Shown: piece after piece, positions 50,901 to 63,211 of the stretch
Position numbering within the stretch: the stretch's first letter is position 1
Layout: the number at the start of each line of letters is the position of its first letter
Assembly (NCBI RefSeq): GCF_020745735.1
Contig: NC_083435.1
Location: 26,597,231 to 26,661,230 of the forward strand
DNA: 64,000 nucleotides
Direction of reading: 5' to 3'
Source of the DNA: Hemiscyllium ocellatum
Taxonomy: Eukaryota
Notes under the pieces: generated by a model
Told to the model about the DNA's origin: nothing
Databases searched by the model: none
The model's input: the letters and a program-made list of their open reading frames with translations, nothing else
Translations under genes and position numbers: made by a program

Positions 50901-53900
50901 CTCGCTTGTCCAACTACTCCTCATAATTCAGTCCCTTGTATCATGGAAACGTCCTTCTGCATTCTTTCAAGTTTAATAACATCTTTTCTATTTAGTAAGG
51001 TGACCAAAACACAATATTCCAAGTGCTGCCTCACCAATGTCCTGTGCAACTGCAACATTATTTCCCAACTATACTCAATGCCCTGACTGATGAAAACTGG
51101 TGTGCTAAAAGATGCCTTCACTGTTCTGTCTACCTGTGACTCAATTTTCAGAGAACTGTGGTCTCTCTGTTCCACAATAGTCCTTAAGCCCCTACCATTC
51201 ACTTTGAAACCCCAACCTTGATTTGACTTTCCAAATCACAAGACCTCACATCTATCTGCATTAAACTCCACTTGCCACTTCCCTAGCTGATCAAGGTCCT
51301 GCTGCAATTTTTGATAACCTTCCTAACTGTCCACGATACCACCCATTTTAGTGTCATCTGCAAACTTACTAATCATACCTTGTATGTTCTCATCCAAATC
51401 ATTGATACCAATAACAAACAGCAATGGGCCCAGCACTGACCCCTGAGGCACACCATTAGTCTCAGGACTCCAGTCCGACAAACATCCTTCCATTATTACC
51501 CTTTGCTTCCTGCCATCAAGCCAGTTGTGTCTCCAATTTGCCAGCTTCCCCTGAATTCCATGTAATCTAACCTTCCAGGGCAGCCCACCGTGTGGATCCT
51601 TTTTAAAGGCCTAACTGAAATCCATTTAGATTATATTCCTGGTCACTTCAACAAAGAATTCTAATAAATTTGTGAGGTATGATCTCCTACGCACAAAGCC
51701 ATGCAGAATATTCCTAATCGAACCCTGTCTTTCCAAATATGTGTATTTTATCTCTCCGAACCCACTCAACTAACTTACCTACCACAGATATTAGGCTTAC
51801 TAGTCCATAGTACCCAGGATTTTATTGCAGCCCGACACAATATTCGCTACCCTCCACCTACCAGGACCTCACCCGAGGCTAACGGTTAGAAAGGAAATTT
51901 CTTTACAAAAAACCCGAGGATAGACTTTAATCTTGAGAGGGAGATTTAGCCTATCCTACCTCACCTTCAATTCTATCTTGAAGTTTGGTTAGACCACATG
52001 TCGAGAACTGCAGACAGTTCTAGTTGCCATGTGATGTAAAGGATATTGAGGCACTGGAGAGGGTGCTGAGAAGATTTACAATGTCAATATCAGAAATGTG
52101 TGAGTGTACGCATCAGGAAAGGATTGAGAGGCTTGATGTCTTCTCTCTTGAAAAATGGAGCCCAAACAGAGATCTTTACAAGGATGAATCATTTTGAAAG
52201 AGTGGGTGCAGAGGCAGTGTTTGGGGAAGAGCACAACTAAGGACCATCAACACAAGACAGTCACCAAATATTCCACAAGGAATTCCAGAGAAATATCTGC
52301 AGTCGGAGCATTAGGAGAATATGAAGCTCGCTGCTGCAGGGTGTGAGTTTGTCAGGATGTATTTAAGGGGAGTTTAGAAAGGAATAGGGAGTGATGGTAA
52401 CAGATGTAGATGAGGAAGGGTGAGATGAGCAGCTTCACATGACTAAATACAAGTGTATGCTGTTTGGATCAAATTGACTCACTGTATGCCGTGTATTCTG
52501 TATAACGCTGAATTTTTTTAAAAAACATTTTTTGTCTCTTTCTCTCTCTTCCTGCTTCACTTGGTTCTCTATCTATCTCTCACCTCTCTTTCTCTCTATC
52601 TCTGTCTGTTTGTCTCTCTCCCCCATTTTATTTCTCTCTCTGTCTCTGTCTCTCTGTCTGTCTGTCTATCTGTCTCTCTCTCTCTCTCTCTCTCTGGCAG
52701 TCCCAAAGTCTCACTCCCAGGTTCTTGTTACTGTCGGGATTGTATTTGGACTCCTCGGCATCATCTATCTCGCTGTTGTAGCTGTCGTCGTTCACAAGAA
52801 GAAAGGTAGGAGTTTGTAAGAAAATGGTGGCTCCTCACTGGCAGTTCAGGGAATTAGAGAGTCTGGAAGCATATGGCCAGACGGTAGTGAAGGAAAAAGG
52901 AATATTGTGAGCTGTTTTGGGCCCCACATCTAAGGAAGGATGTGCTGGTGTTGGAGGGAGCCCAGAGGAGATTTACAAGAATTATCTCAGGGTTGAAGAA
53001 CTTGTCATATGAGCAGCTGTTGAGGACTGTGTGTGTACTGGACGGAGTTTAAAATATCGAGGGGAAATCTCATTGAAAATTACACATTACTGAGAGGCCT
53101 GGCCAGAGTGGATGTGGAGAAGATGTAGGAGACACAAGGACCCAAGGGAACAGCCTCAGTGTGATCTGAGGAGGAATTTCCTCAGCCAGATGGTGGTGAC
53201 TCTGTGGAACTCTCTGTTTCCATACTGTACATCTCGATGACTCTATAAGACCATGGAGGCCAAGACATTGAGTGTCTTTAAGACAGAGATAGATAGATTT
53301 TTGATTGGTAAAGGGCTCAAGGGTTACGGTGAGAAGGCAGGAGAATGAGGTTGAGAAATATATCAACCACGATCGAATGGTGGAGCACACCCGATGAGAT
53401 GAATGGCCTAATTCTGCTCCTATATCTTGTAGTCTCTAGTTCATTGTTTGGGTTCAGAAAGTTTGTGAGGAAGCTCTGTGTTTGGGAGTCAGTCTCCGGG
53501 TTAGTGATGGCTCAGGCATTCGGGAGAGGCCCTCCATTTGTGAAGGACGGTCAGAGATATGGTGCCCTGTTCCTCACGTTAGGCTGGAATGTCTGAGGGG
53601 TGAATGTCTCACATTGTGAGCGTCAGGTCAGACAGTTCAGACTGGGGCTGGCTCTGAGTTCACTGTTGGGCATCAGCAGCTCAGGGCAATGTGGGTCGGA
53701 GAGGCTGAGTCTGGATGGGAGTGAGGGTCTTCAGCATTTCCTCTGATTTCCTGACAGTATGTCAAACTGACTGAACATTCCTTGTTTTACAGGGGGAATG
53801 AAGAGCGGCTACAATCTCACAAACAGTAAGTTGATAACTCAAACATCTCAGCGTCTGTGTTAGTGTATGACAAGCTGTTCTACCTGTTTCAAACAAAAAC

Positions 53901-54512
53901 ACAAACACAGTGATCTGAAACAGAGCAAAAAGCAGTAATTGCTGGAGAAACTCAATAAGTTTGACAGCAGTTGTGGAGAGAAAAACACAGTTGACATTTT
54001 GAGTCCAGAGACGTTTTGTACTGGGAGTTCTGTGTGTGTGTTTCTGTGTGTGTGTGTGTTCGGGGGGTCAGGGTCATCAGATCTACAGCATTAATTCTGC
54101 TTTCTCTCTCCACAGATGCTGTGGGCCATGCTGAGATTCTCCAGCAATTTCTATTTTGTTCTCTGTCTGGTCTAGAATAGTCTATCTGTCTGTCATCCTC
54201 CTCTTGCTCTCGTGTGCTCTCTCTCTCATACACTCTTTCTTTTACATCTCGGGGTCATTTTCACTCTCACTCCTGTTCTCGCTCTCACTCATTTCTCTTC
54301 CTCATGCTTTCTTTCTTGTGAATTTCTCTCTAACACTTTCTCTCACACAAATGTTTCTCACTGTCTTGCACGCTGTCTCACAGTCGCATTTCTCACTCTC
54401 TTGTTTCTTGATCTCTCTCTTTCGCTCTGATAATGAGCAGTTTCTAATGCCTCTCTTTCCATTAACAGCTTCTGATGAAAGGACATCCTCAGACGATTCT
54501 GCCATTTCCTGA
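47891..54512 (+). CDS. MHC class I heavy chain, nonclassical-type, gene 4 (intact, 7 exons, 342 aa)
   Basis: Exons 47891-47939, 48341-48601, 48776-49048, 49138-49401, 52701-52805, 53793-53825 and 54469-54512 are all GT-AG with an open frame. Confidence 0.92.
48341..48601 (+). CDS. Gene 4 exon 2, alpha1
   Basis: ETHSLRYFDTGMTPIPNFPEF...KDLLPREQWMVDREGPKAW...RTNQTG. Confidence 0.95.
48776..49048 (+). CDS. Gene 4 exon 3, alpha2
   Basis: Same protein sequence as gene 1 alpha2. Confidence 0.95.
49138..49401 (+). CDS. Gene 4 exon 4, alpha3
   Basis: Same protein sequence as gene 1 alpha3. Confidence 0.95.
50930..51850 (-). mobile_element. CR1 LINE remnant in intron 4 of gene 4
   Basis: Paralog of 9230-10150. 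Confidence 0.78.
52701..52805 (+). CDS. Gene 4 exon 5, TM
   Basis: VPKSHSQVLVTVGIVFGLLGIIYLAVVAVVVHKKK. Confidence 0.88.
53793..53825 (+). CDS. Gene 4 exon 6, cytoplasmic (GGMKSGYNLTN)
   Basis: Same splice sites as gene 1. Confidence 0.8.
54469..54512 (+). CDS. Gene 4 exon 7, terminal (TSDERTSSDDSAIS*)
   Basis: Same acceptor and stop as gene 1. Confidence 0.78.
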
Positions 54513-56016
54513 GGTATGAATATTGTTGGTCGATGTTGTGAGCAGACTATTCTAACTGGGATATAGAACAACCTCAATTATCCGAACGAGATGGGCAGGG
54601 AGTATGTGGTTTGGATAACTGACCTGATCAAAAACAAACAAAGCATTGACAATACCTTGAGATCTTGTTTGGATAATCTGAAATTCAGATAATTGATGTT
54701 TGGATAACCGAGGTTATTCTATATTGGGGCTGCTTTTCGCTGTATGATCAGGAGGATGGACACTGAACTCAGACTCTCTCTCTCCCTGTGTGATCACTAC
54801 AGACCAGCTCATGCAGTTTGACACTAAGCTTTCAGACTGTCCTTCTGGAGTTGGTTGACTTTGTCCTGGTCTCAGCCTCAATATATCGTCAAGAGGAAGG
54901 ATTTATGCTATAGAAACATCTGGAAACCTGACATCCTGGATGGGGCCTCTTGTCATCTGATTGACTCCTCTAAAGGAGTCAATACTCCTAGACTTCTCGC
55001 TGTAGTTTGTTTCTGGAGTTCAGTTTTGCTCTCCCGGGATTCTGAATTGCTGTGATGTGGTGGGTGGAGTCTAGATCTGATGGAGGCCTCCAACCAGGTC
55101 AAGAGACCAGACCATATGGAGATAGAAGAGAACTATTTTGACTGGCTGGGGTGTCTCGGACTCGAATGCCAGTGTAGTTTAAAGTCAGATCTATTGAGGG
55201 TGAAACTAGGAAACACTTCCACACATACAGACTGGGAAATGGTTAGAACGCTCTCTTTCTCAGAAAGTAATTGATGCAAAATGAACTTCAGTGACTTAAA
55301 ATCTATAAAACTCAAAACTAAGAGACGAATGGAAGCTATATAAATGGATTGAGGCAACACACCAGCAAAGATCTGATTGAATAGTGGAACGGGATTGAGG
55401 GGCGAAATGGACTCCTCACCTTCCATGTCCCTGTGGGTTTTGCTGGTCTTTAAGGAGTGAGTCTGAGGGGTTTTACTGATGTTTGGGGAATGGGCCTTTT
55501 GTGTTTCACTGCCGGTGTTTATGGGAGATGCTATAAAATGTGCTGGGTTTTCTGTGCTTTCTAACAGAGTTTTTTTTTTCTCTTCCCCAGGTTCCTCTAA
55601 TGTCCTTGCTGGAAACCAGGTTTCCATTGCTGGAATTGATCTTCTAATTTGTTCATCCTCAATTTCAGGAGTGATTTGAATTGTCAGTCTGGCTTAGTGA
55701 AATGTCTACATTTTGTTAATAATAGATTATTGAAATCTATTGGCAGATGTTGAAATGTGAATTCAGTCAAATTTAAAATGAAGAGACAGCTTAATGGTGA
55801 TAATGTCATCTTTATTGTTTGTTGTTAACAGCCATCTGGTTGGGGGGGGATCCAAGATGGCGGTGACCCAGCAAAACTGAGTCCACAGTGTTCTACCCAA
55901 AACTTGGGCAAAGTGGGCTATCCACCCCCACCACACTCACTAAACCATTTATAATAGTTGTTAACCTTAAATAGTTACCTATTAGTACATTTAAATAGTC
56001 TAATACTAGCTGGAAA

Positions 56017-56878
56017 ATGAGTAAAGGGAAGGGAACAGGCGGCTCTAAGAAAGCAGGGACCCCTCCCCCACCCTCTCCCTCTTCAGCTGCAACAAAGGTG
56101 TCTTCAGCTACTTCAGGAGATTTACCAATGAAGATGAGCTTTGAGGAGATGTTTGCCAGGTGGGAGGCGAAGATTGATGCTTTTATCGATGAGTCTCGGC
56201 AGAGCAGAGAAGCACTATCAGCCGAGCTGCAGAAGCAGGGCAGACATTCAGGAATTGGAGTGCCGAGTCAGAGAGGTGGAGTCGAAGGCCGCAGCCTCAG
56301 AGACTGCGATAAAATTGGCAGCCGACCACATCCATTTTCTCGAGAATCGAGTCCAGAACCTAGAAAACCACACTGATGACCTCGAAAATCGATGTCGTAG
56401 AAAAAATATTCGGTTGTTGGGCCTGCCCGAGCAGGAAGAGGGAGGTCAGCTGACAGCATTCTTAGAGCATTGGCTGCCACAACTTTTAAATCTGCATAAT
56501 GGATCAGGCCAGGTAAGGGTAGAATGGGCCTACCGGGTCGCAGTACGTGGGCCCGGCTCAACCCAGCGCCCACGCCCGGTCCTGTTCCAGCTGCAGAGCT
56601 ATAGGGAGAGGCAGATGCTCCTGGAAGCCTCAAGAAATCTGGGAAAAGATCCCCAAGCTATGACCCACAAAGGATCCAGGATCATGCTGTTCCAGGACTT
56701 CTCCCCAGCTTTGGTCCAAAAGAGGAAGGCATTCGATGAGGCGAAGAAGCGTTTAAGGGACTTAAATATTCAGTACTCCTTACGATATCCAGCGACGCTA
56801 CGTCTTAGCCACGAAGGATCCATATATAACTTCGGATCACCGGAGAAGGCTAAGGAATTCTTGGACTCTCTTAAATAA
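56017..56878 (+). pseudogene. L1 ORF1 (RNA-binding protein), one frameshift near 56240
   Basis: Coiled coil followed by RRKNIRLLGLPE...RPRPV...LFQDFS; split across ORF-track frames 56017 and 56141. Confidence 0.85.
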
Positions 56879-57492
56879 ACTGTAAGAGATTGTGGACGCT
56901 GGTCTGCCTTTCCCATTATTTTGGTTTACATCCCTTCATCTTTTCTTATCTTTCCCCCTATGTGTGTATGTATATATATATGTTGGGGCGTTTGGTTAAT
57001 GTTGATGGGGAGAGGTGCTTACCTTATTCTATTTTACTTCTGTTTTTAGGAGCGGGGTTGTTTTTCTTTCCCCTGTTATTTTGTGGTATTATATTTAAGT
57101 ATTACATGTTGAGATTGTAATCTTATAGTTATATATGGTATTAATATTCCCAAATATATTTAGATGTGGGTGTGGGTGGGGTGTTCACTGTTAACTCTAG
57201 CTTTATATTATATTTGAATTCTCCTCATTTTATTGAGGAACACCTGGGTCAAGGGTGGGGCACTGGTTGGAAGAGGGTAAGATGGACTGTGGAAGAGGAA
57301 GTGACGCTCCTTGGGAACAAGGGAGAAAATCTCCAATTCGGAATGTTTTATATCTTTTATACTTAGAAAGAGTTTTTTGTTATATTGTTTTGAGTGTATC
57401 AGAGAGTCTTTACTTTTGTAAATCTTGTATGCTCCATGCTCGGGATGTTCTAGATAGGGTTTCCCCTCCCGAGGGGTCTCGGATCTGTCCAG

Positions 57493-60400
57493 ATGATTAT
57501 GGCTGAACAGTCGGTTAAGTGGTGCACCTGGAATGTCAGGGGGAGTAATTCGCCAGTTAAAAGGAAGAAAATATTATCAAATCTTAAGAAGGAGAAAGTT
57601 GATATAGCTCTCCTACAGGAGACACACCTGTCGGATAAAGAACACTTAAAATTACGACAGGGCGGATTTGATCAGGCCTTTTTTTCCTCTTTTAATTCAA
57701 AAAGCAGGGGAGTCGTTATCCTTGTCCGGAAGAACTTCCCTTTGAAAATTCTAAATCAGATAAAAGACGAATCTGGACGATATATTTTGATTAAAGCCCT
57801 CATAAATGGAGAGGAATATGGGATCTTAAATGTGTACTGCCCCCCGGCACACCCCTTTAAATTCATAACGGAAGCTTTTTCAAAACTGATGGCCTTTGGT
57901 GCCCGTCATACAATTATAGGGGGAGACTTTAATTGTATTATGGATCCGGAAATAGACAGGATTCCCAAGAGTGCCGCTGGAGTATCTCCCAGATCTAGAC
58001 AACTGGCGGACCTGAATAAAGAATTAGGATTGGTAGATGTATGGAGATGTCTCCATCCACAGGGTAGAGATTTTTCTTTCTACTCTAATCCACATAAATG
58101 TCACACAAGAATTGATATGTTTTTTGCCCCATCGATTTTTCTAAATTCTATAGCAACCTGTAAAATAGGTACTATAGCAATCTCTGACCATGCCGCTGTA
58201 TACATGGAAACTAAGGTAAAGAACAATGGGACATCCGCTCGGCATTGGCGTATGGACCCCTTCCTGATAAAAGATAGCAAATTTTTAAAGTACTTCTCCC
58301 AAGAACTTAAAACTTTTTTAGAAATTAATACTGGTACGGCTAGCAATCCGTCAATGATGTGGGAGACCATCAAAGCTTATGCACGAGGTTTGATCATCTC
58401 CTATTCAGCGACCCAGAGGAAAATGAAGGGAGAGCAACAGCGTCTGCTCGAAGCTTGCCTAAAAGCAGCCGAAACAGCATATGCTGATAGACCTTCTATC
58501 ACAAAATTGCAGAGGATTACAGCTCTTAGGACAGCTTTAAACACCGCGCTTACTCAAATGGCTAAAAGGGAAATATTATTTGCGAAACAAAGATTATATG
58601 AATATGGCGACAAACCGGGTAGATACTTAGCATTTCTTGCAAAGAAAAAGAAAGCCCCTCAAACTATTCCGACCATCAAGGAAAGTACAGGTACCCTGAC
58701 TCATGATCATAAAAAGATCAGTGCGACCTTTAAAGAATTTTATTCTGAACTATATAGATCGCAGGATTGTGAAGATAGGATTAGGAGAATGCAGTCATTT
58801 TAAAAAAATTTGACCTTCCCGGGCCTGACTCCGGAACAGGTGTCGGCCCTAAATAACCCTTTAACAGTCCAAGAAATACTTGAGGCAATTAGGCAACTTC
58901 AGAGCGGAAAAGCACCGGGCCCGGATGGTTTTCAAGCTGAATTCTATAAAGAATTTACAGGAATATTGGTTGACCCACTTATGGATATGTATAATTTTGC
59001 GCATGGTCAGGTCTGTCTCCCGCCCACGCTGAAAGAAGCAAATATTTCTCTTATCCTCAAAAAAGGAAAAGACCCAGAAGATTGTGCATCTTATAGACCA
59101 ATATCCTTACTAAATGTAGACTTTAAAATTCTCTCAAAAATGTTAGCACTAAGACTAGAAAGGGTACTGCCATATATTATAAAGGAGGACCAGACGGGAT
59201 TTATTAAGGGCCGCAGATCATCCAATAATATTAGAAGGGTCTTGAATATGATCCAAGCCTGTCATCAGGGAAAGATACCAGGAGTAGTAATTTCATTGGA
59301 TGCGGAAAAGGCATTTGATAGGGTTGAATGGTCATATTTATTTTACACATTGGAAAGGTTTGGCGTTGGACAGGTGTTTACCAAATGGGTTTCAACATTG
59401 TATAATGACCCCAAAGCAGCTGTTATTACTAATGGGTTAAGATCGGATGGCTTCAATGTGGGTAGAGGCTGCCGTCAAGGATGTCCTCTCTCACCATTGT
59501 TGTTTACACTGATAATCGAACCATTAGCAGAAGCCATCCGGACTGATCCTAATATAACGGCCCCGAGGATTGGTACAGGTAAACACAAAATTACCCTCTA
59601 TGCAGATGACGTTCTCTTATTCCTCAGTAATCCTTTAATGTCAGTGCCTCGTCTAATTCAAGTTATTAATACATTTAGTGCATTCTCAGGCTATAAAATT
59701 AATTTTTCAAAATCGGAAGCCATGCCAATGGGTGGTCTGGCTATGATACCCCACTTAATGGACGGATCCCCTTTTCCCTTCCGTTGGTCCCTGGAGGCCT
59801 TCTTATATTTAGGTATTTTTATCACGCCAGTATTTGATCAGCTGTATAGGGCTAATTTTGTACAATTAATGGACCTCCAGCGATGGAGAGACCTTCCGAC
59901 TTCCTGGCTAGGGAGAATAGCATTAATTAAAATGAATGTTCTGCCCCGTCTCTTATATCCTATGAGAATGCTCCCGCTGATGCTGCCAAGGCTAGCCCTA
60001 CGTAAATTATATGGCTGGTTGGGCTCCTTTATTTGGAACCATAGACGGCCCCTTATTAAGCTGAAGAAGCTACAGCTTCCACAGGCAAGGGGAGGACTGG
60101 ACTTCCCAGACTTTAGGAAATATCAGTTAAGCTCCCTACTAAGTTACATAGCTGATTGGGTTTCATCTGATCCACAATCAATTTGGCTGGATATCGAAGC
60201 CTCCCAAGTAAAATACCCACTTATTAACCTTTTATTTTCAGATAAGAGGAAAATCATTACAGACCACTGTAAAAATCCCATAATATTAAACACAATTAAG
60301 GCCTGGAATATAATGCGGCAAAATGAGGGTAACTCACATAAAACATCCCCCCATGCACCCATGCGCATGGGGATTCCAACCGGGGATTACAGATGCCACC

Positions 60401-61285
60401 TTTAAACTCTGGAGATCCAGGGGCATCTCATGCTTAGGGGACCTATTTAAAGATGGGATCCTGATGTCCTTTGAGCAGCTGCGTCTGAAATTCGGAATAC
60501 CTAATGGGGATCTCTTTCGATACTTCCAAGTTCGAGATTATATACAGAGGAAGACTACATTAATAGATAGTCTTTATAAATCAGACAGAGAACGTAATGT
60601 CTTACGACCAGCGGGGGCATCCTCCGTTAGTACTATATACCATTTGCTACATGATGGAGTCTCAGGAGACATGGATGACCTGCTTAAAACATGGGAGCAG
60701 GACTTGGGGCTAGAAATCTCTGAGGATATGTGGAATGACATTTGGGAAAATGCTAGAAGAATTGCTATCTGTAACAGAACTCAGGCTATCCAACTAAAGA
60801 TACTTCATAGGGCCCATATAGCACCGGCTGGACTGGCAAAATTTAAGGCAGGAGCATCTCCAATGTGTCCCAAATGCAAAATAAAGGTGGGTACTCTTGC
60901 ACATTGTGTGTGGACTTGTCAGAAAATCCGCAGATACTGGACTAAAGTGGCAAATACCCTGACAGAAATTTTAGGAACGGAAATTAGGGTGGACCCTGTA
61001 TCTCTCCTTTTGGGCTTTTCGAACCTCTCATCTCTGGATATGCATGGGAAGAGACTATTTTCTATTCTCTCTTTCTGTGCAAGGAAAAATATTTTGGTGA
61101 ACTGGGTGGCTGAGGGCCCCCCTGGACTTTCAAATTGGCACAGATTAATTATGGAATATATCCCCCTTGACTTCCTCACAAATATGGTGCACCGAAAGAC
61201 TGAATTATTTTATAAAATATGGCAGCCCTTTTTGAATTATATAAATGCAGATATTTCGGCTATCCTAACAAGGGCTTTTATTTAG
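57493..61285 (+). pseudogene. L1 ORF2 (APE endonuclease, RT, Cys-rich C-terminus); one in-frame stop and one frameshift
   Basis: WNVRG, LQETH, GGDFN, RID, SDH; GKAPGPDG, QGCPLSP, YADD; CPKC...HCVWTC. TAA at 58801-58803; frameshift near 60365. Confidence 0.92.
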
Positions 61286-63211
61286 TGAAGATTTCAGACC
61301 GGGCTGCTCCGGGGCCCCTTGGGAGAGGAATCCTGCGCGAATACGGGTTTTATTATATTTGATGTTTATACATTCCGAGCATGTAAGAGACTTAGGTATA
61401 CACTCTGGTTAGTTATAGGTTAGATTAGTAGAAAGTTGAGTTTTTTTTCTTTCTTTTTTCGTTTCATTTTTTTCTCTTTTTGTTTTCTTTCTTTCTCTTT
61501 TCTTTGTTAAATTATGACTATTGTATATATGATTTAATTGTACATCAATGTTTGTATTTGAGAGTTTTGTTTATTTTTGTAAATTTGCAAAAATGTTAAA
61601 TTTCAATAAAAATATCTACAAAAAAAAAGCCATCTGGTTCACTAATGCCCTGCCAGGATAGAAATTATTACAGTCTGGTCTACATGTCACTGTGCAATGA
61701 GTTAACTCTTAACTGCCCTCTGGACAACAAGCGCTGGCATTGCCGGTGATGGCCAAATCTCAGGAAACAATTTTTAATGTTTGACAGTGTGGTTATTTTT
61801 CCTGAGCAGAAACTTCATCTCCACAGCACAACACCCATTGGTCATGCCCCATGCACAATACTGCCAGTCAGTTCAGCACATAAACATGATCTTCATCAGC
61901 CATTCATCAGTGGGATCACCCCAGACCTCAATTTGAATTTTCCTACACCTTAAATACTGAGTGAAAACTTTTTCTATGAGCTTGTTACACAGCAATATCA
62001 CTGGATATTGATGGAAGACAACATTACCTTACTATAATGTCATGAATACATGTCATGCATCCACCTCTTGCCCAGGCCATGCTGCAGTCTCACACTTTCT
62101 GACTTGAATTGTTTCCATGTTCACACTCCTATCAATTTATAACCTTCCTCGTGCAAAGCCTCAATAGAGCTGCGTACTCATGGGCTGCATTCCAGCTTCC
62201 TGTCTTGGGTTCGAGGCTGCACTATTTTCTGTCCCACTCTCTCCAACTCTAAGATTTTGCTGAGGTGTTTATTGAGTCATCGAGTCATACAGAACAGAAA
62301 CGACCCAAACAATCTATGTTCCCAAACTAAACTAATCCCACCTGGCTATGCCAGGTCCATATCACTACAAACGTTTATTATTTGTGTACTCATCCAAATA
62401 TAAATGGTGTAACTGTACCATGTCCACCACTTCCTCTGGACATTCATTCCAAACACAAACCATTCCCAGTGTAAAAATGTTGCCTCTCATGTAGGTTTAA
62501 ATTCTTTCTCCTCTCACCTTAAAAATATGGTCCATGGTCTTGAAATTCATCCCCCCTCTACACGCGGACACATACACACACTCACACAGACCCTCTCTCA
62601 TACACATGCTGTCCCTCATACACACATAATCCCCCCATACTCACATCCACACATGTGCCCTCCCACAGGATTATACTCTGTCACACTCACACACACACTG
62701 CCAAGCACACGCACATGTAAACGCAAACTCACGTGCACTCACTCACATACATGTGTATGCGCGTACACACACACACGACTATCAGGTGAATTGCATTTGC
62801 AGAATTGTTTTTGCAGACATATTGTTGAGTTTTGGAGCAAAATATAATCTACAGGCCGTCGATCCATATCACCTTAAGTTATCTTGAGAATGTGACTTCA
62901 AAGAAATTCTGGCATTTTCATATTAATGAACCAACACCTATAACCCACGCTGAAAGATGAAAGACTTAACAGCAATCTTGGTTTGTTCAATATATTGTTT
63001 CAGTTGTATGATGCTGTGATCTTTTGCTATAAATTCTGTATCTTGTCTCACAGCTCCCTGATGAAAGAGCAGCGCTCCGAAAGGTAGTGTTTCCAAATAA
63101 ATGTGCTGGTCCATAACCTGGTGTTGTATGATTTTTAACTTTGTCCACTCCAGTCCAATGCCAGCACCTCCACATCATCTGCAATAAGAAAGAGTCTAAC
63201 CATCAGCCTTT

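Larger units (their letters stand above)
55842..61624 (+). mobile_element. Full-length LINE-1 clade retrotransposon (disrupted), unit D only
   Basis: 5' end GGGGGGGGATCCAAGATGGCGG; ORF1 and ORF2; T-rich 3' UTR; AATAAA 61605-61610; short A tail; TSD AAAAGCCATCTGGTT (55827-55841 with one mismatch, 61625-61639) at a TT/AAAA site that is empty in A, B and C. Confidence 0.95.
42744..63211 (+). repeat. Tandem segmental unit D (contains gene 4 and an L1 insertion)
   Basis: Colinear with A; about 14.7 kb once the 5.8 kb L1 is removed. Confidence 0.95.
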
